This document shows, one piece after another, positions 10,863-23,163 of a stretch of DNA of 64,000 nt. The DNA is from Flectonema sp. DT1601 (lineage: Eukaryota). The DNA lies in assembly GCA_964019425.1 (NCBI GenBank), contig OZ025794.1, positions 868,001-932,000 on the forward strand, given 5' to 3'. The notes under the pieces are model-generated. The model searched no databases and was not told where the DNA came from. It was given only the letters and a program-made list of their open reading frames with translations. Each line of letters begins with the position of its first letter. Within the stretch, counting starts at the first letter, position 1. Position numbers and translations under genes: made by a program.

Positions 10863-12134
10863 CTAAGGAGAAGCAATGCCGGTCGATTGAAGTGCCTGTA
10901 GCTTTTTCCACTCATTGGTGAATGCTCTGAACGGTGACTTGGCATGTTTTTTACTAGATTTCTTTTTAGGAAGGGAGCTTGTTACGTCAGAGAGAAGCTT
11001 CCACCCCCCGTTGTGAACCCAACCACCCTGCTGAAGTTGAAGCCAACCACAAGAACTGGACATTGGATGCAGTACCGCATCACGATGAAGCATTGCAATT
11101 ACAGCAGAATTGAAATCTGGTTGAGAATAAACACTACAACTAGCAGATTTGAGAACCCAAGTAGGGGATGAATCTACACAAGTAGAACACCGTGAATCAT
11201 GACTGACAATATCACAGTAATTATCTTTAGTTTTTGTATGTAACAAGACAGGATCAAGTCGAAATGCAACACTTGGTGCCTCCGGTAAATCATCGTCTTG
11301 GTCTTCAAGTACTTCATTCAGAACTTTACTTTCATCATCAGAGATATCATCAAGTAAACACCCTCCAATATTACTCGGTATGGATGTAGTTGTACTGATC
11401 ATGGTATCAGACTCAAGATTAACAGGAGTGGTAACAACATCGTCATAGTTGTATGACTGCTGCTGATAAGTAGGGTACGTTGGTATCGGTGCTCCAGAAA
11501 TATTCGAAGCAACAAATCTAGGCGCGATGGAAGGTGTTGTTGTAGTCGTTGATTGATTTGAACAATCAGGTGTGACTCTGCGAGGATCTTGGATTGATCT
11601 TCTTTTCATCTTCGATTGATTTCCTACTTTAACTGTGTTACTGTCATTGAATGATTCTAACATTATTGGTAATGACGTCCCGCTACTATTCTCTACTTGT
11701 GAAGAGTTTTCATTTGAATGAGTTCTTAGTACGCGTGGAGGTTCTGCAGGAGCAAAGCACGCCGATGGAAGAGGAATAAAATTATTTTTTGAACAGCTAT
11801 CAAGTTCTGAGCACTGCGGCTTCCAGAGCGACGGCATTTGAGACCCATAAAAGGTTGACGGTGGTGAAGCTGGTTCTGTTGGTGGAGGAGCGACTGTTGG
11901 CTGAAGAGGAGTGCGAGTTGTACCCATCTGTCGATAGTGCATTGCCACACGATTTGCTTGATTTTGCGTAACTTGTTGCTGTCTATGTTCCATTAGTAAC
12001 ATAGTCTTGGCTGCTTCTGCTGCTGCTACCTCCACGTCTGCTAATCTCAAATCTCTTTCATCTTTCAAAGCTTCTAAACACCCTTCAGTAATAGCTCGTT
12101 GATCTACATACCGCTGCCAGAATGTTGGATCCAT
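10863..12134 (-). CDS. Hypothetical, largely disordered protein with C-terminal SH3b-like domain
   Basis: Long ORF (first ATG 12134, MDPTFW). The C-terminal CSVYSQPDFNSAVIAMLHRDAVL...GWLQLQQGGWV resembles bacterial-type SH3 domains. Confidence 0.6.
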   Translation of the reverse strand: MDPTFWQRYVDQRAITEGCLEALKDERDLRLADVEVAAAEAAKTMLLMEHRQQQVTQNQANRVAMHYRQMGTTRTPLQPTVAPPPTEPASPPSTFYGSQMPSLWKPQCSELDSCSKNNFIPLPSACFAPAEPPRVLRTHSNENSSQVENSSGTSLPIMLESFNDSNTVKVGNQSKMKRRSIQDPRRVTPDCSNQSTTTTTPSIAPRFVASNISGAPIPTYPTYQQQSYNYDDVVTTPVNLESDTMISTTTSIPSNIGGCLLDDISDDESKVLNEVLEDQDDDLPEAPSVAFRLDPVLLHTKTKDNYCDIVSHDSRCSTCVDSSPTWVLKSASCSVYSQPDFNSAVIAMLHRDAVLHPMSSSCGWLQLQQGGWVHNGGWKLLSDVTSSLPKKKSSKKHAKSPFRAFTNEWKKLQALQSTGIASP

Positions 12135-12653
12135 TCCGCATGTAGTGTTCTGTGCTGTAGAAATAAGAATCACGAACCAATACCTCCACCACCTGACGAC
12201 ACTAGTTAGTTATTGAGTCCGACATACCATCGAGTACTGGTTAGATAGACACAACAGGGTGGAATGGTTAACCACCTGTGAGTCCCCAATACTACGACAT
12301 TATGTCAAACCTAATCCCTACTTTTTTAGCTCTAGCGACACTAATCGTATCGGATTCAACTGTGGATACGACTTGGATGTAGTATTGGATTCCTATAAAT
12401 GAAAAGATAATATCATTATCAGCTTCAATATGAAAACATAACATTTCTACTAAGCGAATAAAAAAAGAAAACGTGGTAATTGTAATCTAAGAATAAGAAA
12501 AAAGGTTTGCGGGTTTGCAGGTTGTTGAACCTCCTCATCGAAAAAAGAAAAGAAAAATGAAAACTTACTATTCAGTTTCTAAATAAATAAACACAACTGG
12601 GTTTAGACTGTTGTGAGACAGGCTATACTGATAGAGAGATCTCGGCGTCAAGA

Positions 12654-14348
12654 TTACCGATGTCCCAGCAGTGAACCTCTTTGCCAGGTAAGTCTGTGCG
12701 CCGTATTATTTCGAAATGCAACTTTTGGAGAAGGTACTCTCCTCACAGGAGAAGAGTTCTTGCTGGAAATAATTTGCTTTCGTCGAGAATCGACTTCCCG
12801 CTGTATGAGAATAGCAGACTGATGTGTGGAGAGTTCTCTAGATAGGTTTTCAGTCTCCTGCATGCTCTTCGAGAGCTTTTTCTTAGCCGAGCGATATTTT
12901 TTATTAAGTCGCTCAATCTCCGACTTCTTCTCCTGCAGTTCTTGTCTGAGCACCTCCTCAACGTTATCTTCATCTTTCTTACGAAAGACGTCACATAAAT
13001 GTGATTCGATTCTCGTTAAGATATCCTCACTTGCTGATTTTGCTTCTGGGACTTGAGGTATAGTGCTAGTATCAGATATAGTTTGGTATTGCAGTGGGGG
13101 ACTTGTTTGTTTGGTGTTTCGTTGTTCAGAAAGTTCTTTTTGTGCTTGTTCTAATTTTAGTGTCAGAGTTCTGATTGAGTCTTCCCAACGGAGTTTTTCG
13201 TTGTTTCGCTCAGTTGCTTCTAAAGAAAGTCTTTTCTCTAATTTAGATATCATGTGTTCAAGACTTGACTTTAACTTGTTGTATGAATGGGAAGCCCCAG
13301 CAGACTCTTTTTCTAAACGACTTCTCTCTGAATGCCAAAGTTCTTGTTGTGCAAACAACGATCGATTTAGAGAAGCGTTCGCATCAGTTGATTGGCTTTG
13401 AGAGATATTCAATCTTGACTTTAGTTCGCTTATGAAGTTATCTTTTTCTTCTAATTCACATCGTAGTTTATCACATAAAGCTTCTCGTTGTTTTTGTTGT
13501 AATACCAAACTCGATATTACATTTTGTAGTTCCTTTACTTCAGAAGTAGACGCGTGTTCATTTATAGTCATAATTGAAAGCTGTTCTTGAACAGCTGCTG
13601 ACGCACGTTTTGCTTCATCAGATAAAGCCTTTTGTAAATCTTCAATCTCGTAGGTCTTAGCATCCGTGACGTGTTTTATTTCTAAGTTAGCAGATTGTAA
13701 CTTACTCGTTAATGACTCCACACGAGCTTCTAATATGCCAATTTTTTCACTGTCGTCAGCCTGGCGAGAGTTTGCCTTCCGAAGAGCTGCGGTCTGTGAT
13801 TTGTACATCCCCAACTCGTTGGTTAAAAGTGTTATCTGAGAATCCAATTCAAATATGTGTTTTGTCTGACCATCCATTGTAGCTGATGCTGTCGTAATCG
13901 CTTCTGTTTGACATTTTTGTTTTTCATCATTTTCAACCTCTATCAAAGTATTCTGTCTTTCAACATTCTGAACTCGATTTATCAATTCTTCATTTTGCAT
14001 TCGAAGCCGCTGTAAGTCCCCTTCGTATGTTTGCTTTTTGACTTCAGCTCCAACATTGTTACTCTGTGCTATAAGTTTTAGTTCTTCTTGTAGTCTCTGA
14101 TTGTTTGCGAGTACTTCTTTGTTTTTGAGCCTCTCAACTTCTAGTTGATCAGCCATTGCTCGTCCTTCAATTTCAATTTTCTGTCGTTCTAATGCCATTT
14201 GATTTTTTATTTGAGATTCACGGATATTGTAAGAATGTCGCAGCTCTTCTTTTATTTTAGTGAAGTCCATGGACGCTTCTTTGATGGCAGCGGCCGTGGT
14301 TGGTGAATCAGTTGAAACGGTTGTCTCCACTGTACGGTAGATGTCCAT
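12654..14348 (-). CDS. Coiled-coil protein of unknown function
   Basis: 564-aa ATG ORF, E/K/Q/L-rich heptads. A pyrimidine-rich acceptor CAG lies at 14371-14369. Confidence 0.8.
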   Translation of the reverse strand: MDIYRTVETTVSTDSPTTAAAIKEASMDFTKIKEELRHSYNIRESQIKNQMALERQKIEIEGRAMADQLEVERLKNKEVLANNQRLQEELKLIAQSNNVGAEVKKQTYEGDLQRLRMQNEELINRVQNVERQNTLIEVENDEKQKCQTEAITTASATMDGQTKHIFELDSQITLLTNELGMYKSQTAALRKANSRQADDSEKIGILEARVESLTSKLQSANLEIKHVTDAKTYEIEDLQKALSDEAKRASAAVQEQLSIMTINEHASTSEVKELQNVISSLVLQQKQREALCDKLRCELEEKDNFISELKSRLNISQSQSTDANASLNRSLFAQQELWHSERSRLEKESAGASHSYNKLKSSLEHMISKLEKRLSLEATERNNEKLRWEDSIRTLTLKLEQAQKELSEQRNTKQTSPPLQYQTISDTSTIPQVPEAKSASEDILTRIESHLCDVFRKKDEDNVEEVLRQELQEKKSEIERLNKKYRSAKKKLSKSMQETENLSRELSTHQSAILIQREVDSRRKQIISSKNSSPVRRVPSPKVAFRNNTAHRLTWQRGSLLGHR

Positions 14349-14996
14349 CTGTCTGACTGTCAGAACGGCTGAGTAAAAATAAAATTACCACCAACTTTTT
14401 AATAATAAAAATGAAATATTTCCGGTCCTTTTTTTTTTTTTTTTAAAAATTTTTTTTTCTTTTTTATTTTTTAATTATTAAAATAAATGTCCATTTTTTT
14501 TTCTTTACCCCCCTCACTACCGATGCCAAAAACTGTTCTCAAAAATGGGTTAGTCACAAGAACGATATTAGTAAGGCACCGATCAAAGATAAATTACTTG
14601 TTTAGAATTATTCACTTTTGAATAAAACGTTCCTTGTTCCAAGTGAAGGAGTTACCACAGTAATCAATGACCACACCATCGAAACTATTACTTCACTAGA
14701 AAGCCTACCAGCAGAATACAAAACGAGATGTGAGAGAATAAACAAGGAAAAGCAACTAAGAAGAAAAAAAAAACGTAACCAGTCGTAAGCAATAATATGC
14801 AGCAGGTCGCTAATCGTTCATCATGAGGGAGACAAAAAAAAAAAAAAAGAGATTGAAAAACAACACTACCAAAAAGAGGGAAAAAAAAAAGACAATTTAA
14901 GAAAACAAACAAACTAACAATAAAAGTTATATTGCAGTCTGCTACAATATAACTTGTTTGTGAGGTTAAAAACAAGCTTCACATAAAAGCTGTAAA

Positions 14997-16592
14997 CTAT
15001 TTCAGTGCTACTTCAGGAACGCATCCCTTCTTAGCGAGATTCCATGTCTTTACCTTCGAATCACCTTCCGCAATGGTTACTAAGATTGTTTTAGTAGCAA
15101 AGAACATTTCCCGAATGCGGTCTCCAGATTCATGTGAATTAGTAATCTCACCAATGATTGTTGGTGGAGAAGTATCAACTCTGTAGAATACGAGAGATGT
15201 ATCCGGACTGGCCACAACAATAATTTTATTATTTGGTGAAATAGCACATGTCGTGTAGTACAAGTAGTCAGTGTCTTTGAATGTTACCATCTGACGAGGA
15301 TCTTCACGTTGAAGCCATCTGACGTCGATATTATACAACTTAATAGTTCCATCTTTTGAAGTAGTCAGAGCAGTAGTTCCGTCTTGTGAAATAGCACAAC
15401 AAGTTACTATGGATCTGCTACCAGAGAGAGTCATGACGTGACGAAGTTCTTTGAAGTTGTCTCCAATAGTTTGAGATCCCTTTGGTCTAATGCGATCTCT
15501 GTTTACACAGAAATCTTGAGAACCATCATCATAATCAACATTGTACGTTCCATCATCCTCACAAGAAGTGACAATGGCCGGAAAGAAAGCTTTACTCGGA
15601 GCATAAAAGACATCTACTTTACAACCTTTCCAAAGAGGTCCAGGATCAGAAGCTGATCTTCCACTTACTGCTGCGTTTATTCTACATGTCTGACTCATAG
15701 TAGCACACATCGTAATTAGTGTGGCAGATCCAGCCCAGCCGATATTCCATTGGAGTATATGTCCTTGACTGGATGAGATTCTGTCAACTTCCTTACCCAT
15801 CTTGTCAACACAGAAGGTATTTCCTTTATCGTCACAAAGTATTAAAAATCCTCCACCTGATCCAAGACCAATTTTTGTTAGTCCAACTGGGTGTAATTTA
15901 ATTTCCCAAATTAGCTGAAAAGAATCCTTCGCATCAAACTGAACAGCAAAAATTTTAAATTTCGATTCGTTGTCGAGAAAAACAGCCAAACATCTTCCAG
16001 TTGGATCAAATGCAGCATGTGTGATGGTTGCCTTTTCAATCTTCAGATTGATATGCTCATTTGTTGTTCCTGCAGTAGACATCTTTACTAATCTGTGAGT
16101 CCTATCCATCGATGATAAGAATATCAGATCTGCTTCTACATGAGTCGCTACAGCACTAATTGGAGTCTTAAAACCTTTAATGAGTCCGAATCCAGTTGAC
16201 GGAGATGGTTTTCTGACACCTTCAATAGTTGGGTAACTCGTTTCTGTCTTAGTAGTTGATGATGAAGTAGATTCAGAAGTTTTCTCACGGGATCCTTTGT
16301 CTCTTGCTCTGCCTTCTGCTTCTTTTTGTTTTGTTTGGTGATTGTGATGAGGTCTTCCTTTTCCTTTCTTTGTAGTTTTTGGACTAGTAGAGTCTTCTGC
16401 TTTTAACTGCTCTTCGACAAAGGAATAGTCGTAACGATCGTCATCACTCTGTTCTTTCTTACCAAATATAGTCTTCCAAATCTTTACAAACAACTTCTTG
16501 ATAAGCGATAATACTACTCCGACAACACCTAACCCCACAGCTATGGTAGCGAACCCTACTAACACATGGACCTGATTGTCTTCGAGCTTCAT
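14997..16592 (-). CDS. TBL2: Transducin beta-like 2 (ER membrane WD40 protein) with an inserted Tudor/Agenet-like domain
   Basis: N-terminal TM, Lys-rich linker, WD40 repeats and the TBL2-type motif TTSKDGTIKLYNIDVRWLQREDP. Insert LWKGCKVDVFY...GTYNVDYDDG. Confidence 0.75.
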   Translation of the reverse strand: MKLEDNQVHVLVGFATIAVGLGVVGVVLSLIKKLFVKIWKTIFGKKEQSDDDRYDYSFVEEQLKAEDSTSPKTTKKGKGRPHHNHQTKQKEAEGRARDKGSREKTSESTSSSTTKTETSYPTIEGVRKPSPSTGFGLIKGFKTPISAVATHVEADLIFLSSMDRTHRLVKMSTAGTTNEHINLKIEKATITHAAFDPTGRCLAVFLDNESKFKIFAVQFDAKDSFQLIWEIKLHPVGLTKIGLGSGGGFLILCDDKGNTFCVDKMGKEVDRISSSQGHILQWNIGWAGSATLITMCATMSQTCRINAAVSGRSASDPGPLWKGCKVDVFYAPSKAFFPAIVTSCEDDGTYNVDYDDGSQDFCVNRDRIRPKGSQTIGDNFKELRHVMTLSGSRSIVTCCAISQDGTTALTTSKDGTIKLYNIDVRWLQREDPRQMVTFKDTDYLYYTTCAISPNNKIIVVASPDTSLVFYRVDTSPPTIIGEITNSHESGDRIREMFFATKTILVTIAEGDSKVKTWNLAKKGCVPEVALK

Positions 16593-17922
16593 GTTTTGAG
16601 GACTGTGTGATTATGTGTTAATTATTACTTTAATTAGTGACTGAATTACATGAATGGATTTGTTGCTGTTTTTTTATCTGAAGAATTAAGAAAGTGGATT
16701 AAACTAAAACATGCTTATAAATTCTTGTTTCGTATTTTGACACAGCGAGGATATTCCTTATATCAAAGCAGTTGGAGGGTTTCCTGGTCAGCTATTGGGG
16801 GGGCACTGTTGGGTTCCACCTCCAACATCTGGAAACTCCTGAACTCATAATCGCAATGAGTTAATTTTTTTTAATTCTTTTTTTTTTTTGTTCCGTAGGT
16901 GCTGTCTACACAGCACACGCATTATTATTATTATTTTTTTTTCCACACGCCAGATTTCCGTTCTCAAATACTCGATAAAGACTGAAGGCGGGGATAAAGG
17001 GCAACGAAACAAATTTTTTTGGGGAAATTCATGGAAAGTAAAACAAAAAAAGAAATAAAACTACGAGAATACTCGCTGGGACGTGTAGGGTTACTGAACA
17101 TGTTGAGAATAACAAATTCGACTCATTTTTTAGCTAACTCGGGTGACTTATTGATTTAATTCGCGTGTGACTGTTTGCTAATGCGTTTACTTTTTTTTTT
17201 TTTACCTTCCACAGTTACCAAAACGTTTACCTCCGTAAAATTCATATCTCACTATCCTCGAAAAACAAGTGGAATTACCAGAGCTTTATATTTATAATTT
17301 AAAAAAAAAAAAAAAAAAAACACCAAATAGCGTCTTTAAATCGTTTCAAGCCATTGCTCAATATCAAATGGGAATGATAAACATTCCCACAAACAAGGAC
17401 AATCAACACTAGTAAGTATCACGCGTCAAATCAAGTTTTCTTTACTCATTAGTTGTACTATCATACATAGGGGAGTGCTTGATTAAACATGAAGCCGAAA
17501 AAAACTAACAAGCGAAAGGGATAGGAAAGTGGAAAACCGAACCTGACAAAAGAAAGTGCGAAAAAAAAAAAAAAAACTAATTTTTTTCTGTGGTTAAAAC
17601 AAAAGATTCCGCAAAGCTTTTTTTTTTTTTTTTTTTTGACGGATGTTATTATTTTTTTTTTGAAATACCTTTTTCTCACTCACATGTTATCAAGAACTAT
17701 TTATTTTTATTTGTTTCGTTCAAAAAAAAGAAGGAAAAAAGAAAAGAAAACAGAACACCAAACGAGCAGGCGAGGGCTACAAAACTAACATTCCTGAGCA
17801 AGGTATTTCCCCCAAAGTGCGGTACACAACCATGGCTGGTCGTGCTGTACTAATAGAGCTGTTTGTTTTATTTATGATTTACCATTTCGAAATCTCACAA
17901 ACAGCAAAGAGTCAAACAGAAG

Positions 17923-19369
17923 CACAAAATCAGACAGGGATAACTGTATTGAAATAGTCTTATCAGAGGTCGATCAAAGTATAGTTTTAGAATGCTGTCA
18001 TCATCTACACAAAGCCACGTGAGAGAGTCACCTGCAATGAAATCACCCACACAGTATTCAACATCACTGTGTGCAGAAAGGCAGGGAGTATTGAAAATGA
18101 AGGGAACTGCAATGAGAAGACAGACAACACACAGACAGGATAGAACACAAAATCAGACAGGGATAACTGTATTGAAATAGTCTTATCAGAGGTCGATCAA
18201 AGTATAGTTTTAGAATGCTGTCATCATCTACAGAATGCCACGTGAGAGAGTCACCTGCAATGAAATCACCCACACAGTATTCAACATCACTGTGTGCAGA
18301 AAGGCAGGGAGTATTGAAAATGAAGGGAACTGCAATGAGAAAACAGACAACACACAGACAGGATAGAACACAAAATCAGACAGGGATAACTGTATTGAAA
18401 TAGTCTTATCAGAGGTCGATCAAAGTATAATTTTAGAATGCTGTCATCATCTACACCAGGTTATTAGCACATAAATGACACGCTTGTGAGAGTGTCACCC
18501 TGCAACGAAACCACACAGTATTCAACATCACTGGGTGCAGAAGTAGTTGAAAATGAAGGGAACTGCAATGAGAAGACAGACAACACACAGACAGGAGAAC
18601 ACAAAATCAGACAGGGATAACTGTATTGAAATAGTCTTATCAGAGGTCGATCAAAGTATAGTTTTAGAATGCTGTCATCATCTACAGAAGGCCACGTGAG
18701 AGAGTCACCTGCAACGAAATCACCCACACAGTATTCAACATCACTGTGTGCAGAAAGGCAGGGAGTATTGAAAATGAAGGGAACTGCAATGAGAAGGCAA
18801 CCAAATGAGAAGACACGCAACACACAGACAGGAGAACACAAAATCAGACCAGGGATAACTGTATTGAAATAGTCTTATCAGAGGTTCGATCAAAGTATAG
18901 TTTTAGAATGCTGTCATCATACGAAAATAGAATAGCAGGCACCGCTCATGTCCACACACCTCGAGAAGGTACTCAAATAGCTGCAGAACTCGAGGTCAGC
19001 AAACGCCACACACTGAGATTGAGGACTACGAGGAGGAAAAAGAGAGGAGTCAGTACAGATCTTGGTTTGCGAATTAGATAAATTAATCATTGTGATCATA
19101 CGCCAGGTAAAATATGATGTCATCATCTACAGAAGGCCACGTGAGAGAGTCACCTGCAATGAAATCACCCCACACAGTATTCAACATCACTGTGTGCAGA
19201 AAGGCAGGGAGTATTGAAAACGAAGGGAACTGCAATGAGAAGGCAACCAAATGAGAAGACACGCAACACATGGACAAGATAGAACACAAAATCAGACAGG
19301 GATAACTGTATTGAAATAGTCTTATCAGAGGTCGATCAAAGTATAGTTTTAGAATGCTGTCATCATCTA
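17923..19369. repeat. Tandem repeat, 223-bp basic unit, about six units, interrupted by a ~197-bp insertion
   Basis: Unit starts (cacaaaatcagac) at 17923, 18146, 18369, 18600, 18836 and 19285. The first periods are exactly 223 bp. Confidence 0.95.
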
Positions 19370-19470
19370 AGAGAGACGTCCTTACTAAAGTCTAGAACAC
19401 AACCAGAGTAGATAAACAAGTAGAAGTTACCATACCTTTCGTGAACTTGTTACCCTCCTCCGACAATGGT

Positions 19471-22400
19471 TTAATTCTTTCCTCTATTTTTCCTGTTGTT
19501 GTTGTTGTTTTTATAACCCTGCCTTCCCTTGCCTTCTCATTCACTATTTTGTTGCATACGGTCTTAGAGAGAAAGCAAACAAAATAACATACCGAAAGGT
19601 TTTTGCTTTGGGCTTAGGCTTCGAAGGGCTAGCAGAAACAGACATGAAGTTAGAAGGGTTTGCAACGACTACCGGAGGTGCGGGTGTGTCAGCAGTATGT
19701 GCTTGATTAAAATCGGATGAGTTCATAGAGCTGTTGTGACTTGTATCAGTGAACAAATCAAAGTTGGCTCTCATGTCATCACGAAGACTCTGAAGTTTGA
19801 CTACCACTTCATGCATTTTAGGGCGCATTGAAGGGTCTAAATTCCACAAAGATCTTTCCAAATAATTCCACAGCGACGCCAACACTGGAGGTACTTCCTC
19901 AGGACGTAAAGGTATTTTTTTTCCATCTTCCATATACGTTTTCACGGGGTAAGAAGTTTCTCCTCCATAAATCCCTCGGATATGCCAGTATGGTTCTTTA
20001 CCAGTTATTATTTCGTACAAAAGACAACCAAATGACCAGCAGTCGTGAGGTTGTGTTGCTCTTCTCTTATCAGCAGAAAGAAGAACCATCTCCGGTGGCG
20101 ACCAAGGAATGCAAATTATCGGACAAGGCGAACCCACAGCTGCTAGTAGTCCCATGTCACCTAATTTGTATGCAGATCCTCGTTGAATTAGAACATTTCT
20201 CGCAGCAACGTCTAAGTGAACAAAATTTAGAATACTTGAATGAAGATGAGTGAGTGCTTGTGCAATTGAAACTCCAACTTCGAGTGCAATCTCTACCCTG
20301 TCTTTGATATCGCAGTGATCTTCCATCGTCTTTAATTTACTTGTTAGTGACCCCTCAGTACAATATTCAGTTATCATGTACAAAGTACCAGTATCTGATT
20401 CAGACCATCCTGTGCATAGTAATATTTTACCATACTTAGAGACTTTCATCAGGTCGATTATTTCTTTTTGAAATTTTCTGCGAGACTGAACTGTACCTCC
20501 GGTTTTCAATTCTTTTATCGCAACATCGTCGCTGTACTCTCGGTGTCGACATTTGTAAACAGCTCCGAATCCACCTTGTCCGATCTTTACCCAAGGTTTT
20601 GATAAATTATCGAAACTGATGTGATTCTCAGGTGGGAGTTGTTGTTCTTCAGTTTCTAAAGTCATATCCTTAGAGGCTGGAACATAAGGATATCCACCTG
20701 TATCACTACTATATCCGTTAGTGTCATCATCATAGGGATTGTCGAATGATTCTATATTAGGGATGCTGCTATCACAACCATCTGGGAATATTAATGGTGT
20801 TGGTTCCCTTGAGAATCCTTCTTGAATGGGTTCAGTCTCATTTATAAGTTCAAAACTGCTTTTTTGAAGTTCAACGATTGGTTGATATTTACGACTTTTA
20901 TAATATTCGAGGTCATCAGAAAAATCAAAATCGGGAGTTTGGGGAAGCTGGTCTCCGTTTTTCCAGAATGTAATGTGTCCCGTCAGAAAATTTAATTCAG
21001 TTCCTATGGTATCTCCTGACAACAATTCAGAATACAGGTATGATTTCTGATCTCCGGGTGACAACCAGCCAACCTTCGCGATTCCATCGTTTCGAAGATG
21101 ATTAATTTTACACTCAAAATATAAACTTCTCTCTCTCGGATATTTATACAGGATAGAACACTTTGCACGCCCAGTAATTGACCCAGGACAGCTGAATAAT
21201 GAACCATTTTTATTTACAAGTTGATGGCAGTCCCACTTAGCATGACAAGGCCTTGAGTGTAAAAACTGTTTTTGATCGGCTTCTTTAGCAACACTAAGGT
21301 CTTTTAATAATAAATCAAAGAATGGTTTTTCATTAGAAATTATATCGGAGCGAGAGACCTCTTCGTAGTAGATTATTCCAAGTAAAGAACACTCGTAAGG
21401 GATAAGGCTGTCTTGGAAACTATTTATTATCTTTTCAGACAGATCACACTCAACAAGGTTATTGTCTGGATCGAATACAGGAAGTAGTAGTTCAGCTAAG
21501 AGTGATGACAACTTATGAATATTTAAAGACCGAGAGATCTTTTCAATCCAACGAGTATGTTGCAACTCTTCTGTAAGTCCTTCATGAGAGATGTGAAGTT
21601 CATATCCAGGATTGGTATCACCTCGATACCATTCAGAAACAGTCTGCTCAACATATTGGATTTGAAGTTTTAATTTTCCACGTTTCCAAATACCAGTGCA
21701 GTGTGTTTTCGGTACTGCTTTATCTGGGGATTTATATTTTCTCCGAATACACTCAAAAGCAACTTCCGATACTTTAACAGGAGGACAGAGATTACCAGCT
21801 CCATTAACAACAACTTCCTGAAGTATCCATTTCCTAATTGCTTCATCTGAGTCACAGTTCGATAATGGATGTCTTTCTAATCGAAGTCTCCAATCTTGAA
21901 CTGGTGGTCCGCAGTTGTCAAGTACGTCAATCTTTAGGTATCCGTTTCTACCTCTGTTGTTGTCTGTTGCTTCAAGAAGTTTCCTAATTTTCAAATTTTG
22001 CCCGTCGTGAGAAATATAAGCGATGTGGCTCCGTCTCTTCTTTTTCCGAAAATATATTTGCCAACGGCGTTGCTTCTCTACTTCAGTTGACGGTGGCTGT
22101 TTTATGAATCCCATGTTCTCAAAGTATTCAACAACACCTGGGACATTTGAAGAAGCGAGAGTAGAACGGAATTCAGTATGCTTTCGATCACTTTGATGAA
22201 ATTGTTTTACGATGTCTTCACGAGTTGGGTTGTTCTTTGCGTACTGACGCTTGAAAGCAACTTCACCCAAAACAAGTTTGACTCTGGTATGTGTTAAATA
22301 GATTTTACCTCCTTGTTGCTGCTTCAATAGGTATTGAGCAGCTGAATCGACCATACGAAGAACTGTGTCTTCTCTAGTACTCATTAACGGTTCTTTAATA

Positions 22401-22636
22401 AAACTCCGATGAGCAACTTGAAAATCACCAACTGAGTCCCAACTTCCACTAGTCTGACGAACATCAGCCAAATCAGGGTTTTCAATTACTCCTTTATATC
22501 CCCCGCGACCTTTTCCTTTGATGCCTTTTCCTCCAACAAAAGTCCCCTGTCCTCGTCCTTTCCCTTTCCGACTTGCCTCCGGAGCGGCCGATACATCGGA
22601 TTCCCGCTTATGTGGCGGGACATATGTTGTACTCAT
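19471..22636 (-). CDS. Multidomain protein kinase: YVPPHKR plus KGKG/RGG N-terminus, unknown domain, SPRY domain, tyrosine-kinase-like domain; probable terminal intron 19493-19592
   Basis: ATG at 22636 (MSTTYVPPHKR). SPRY-like LYFECKI...KVGW...GDTIG...ITFWKNG. Kinase motifs IGQGGFGAVYK, VAIKEL, HLDVAARNVLI, DMG, WSPPE and DCWSFG. Splicing GTATGT(19592)...AACAG(19493) gives the end KTFRKNRGKN*. Confidence 0.85.
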
Positions 22637-23163
22637 ATTACATGTAGTGGATATACTGAAATGAATATTAATTATTATCACTATGTCACGAGCTCTAGTT
22701 GACTCTGAATCTGCTGAAACATTTACAGTGTAGCAGCTTTGCTGATATTTTTAATTATGTCAATTAATTTAAAATATCGATCGTTTTCGCATAGACACCC
22801 TTCACACATTTGGTACTACAGACTAAAGTTAATTAGGTAATAACTACAACAACAACCTCGTAGGTGAAAAACACTCTTTTCTTTTAAGATACAACACACT
22901 GCCAGGTATACATAATCAAGAAAAAGAAAATCTCGAAATACCGAGATAACTCGTTGATGAGGATGACTGCTCTAAAGCTACAATAGTGCGATAAGTCACT
23001 CGAACGATGAAATGAAGAAAATAAAGTTGTTCAAGCACTTTAGGAATGTTATTAAAGTTCACATTCTTTTTATCTTTTTTTCTTTTTTTTTTTTTCCCAT
23101 TAGGTCAGGGATTGGGAATTCTTACCAACGCTCAAACGAATATAACAAGAAAGCAATCGAAAA

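Noticed and set aside
17923..19369. CRISPR-like array or repeated small ORFs (MLSSST...)
   Set aside because: The units are 223 bp with no unique spacers, the context is eukaryotic, and the ORFs are by-products of the repeat.
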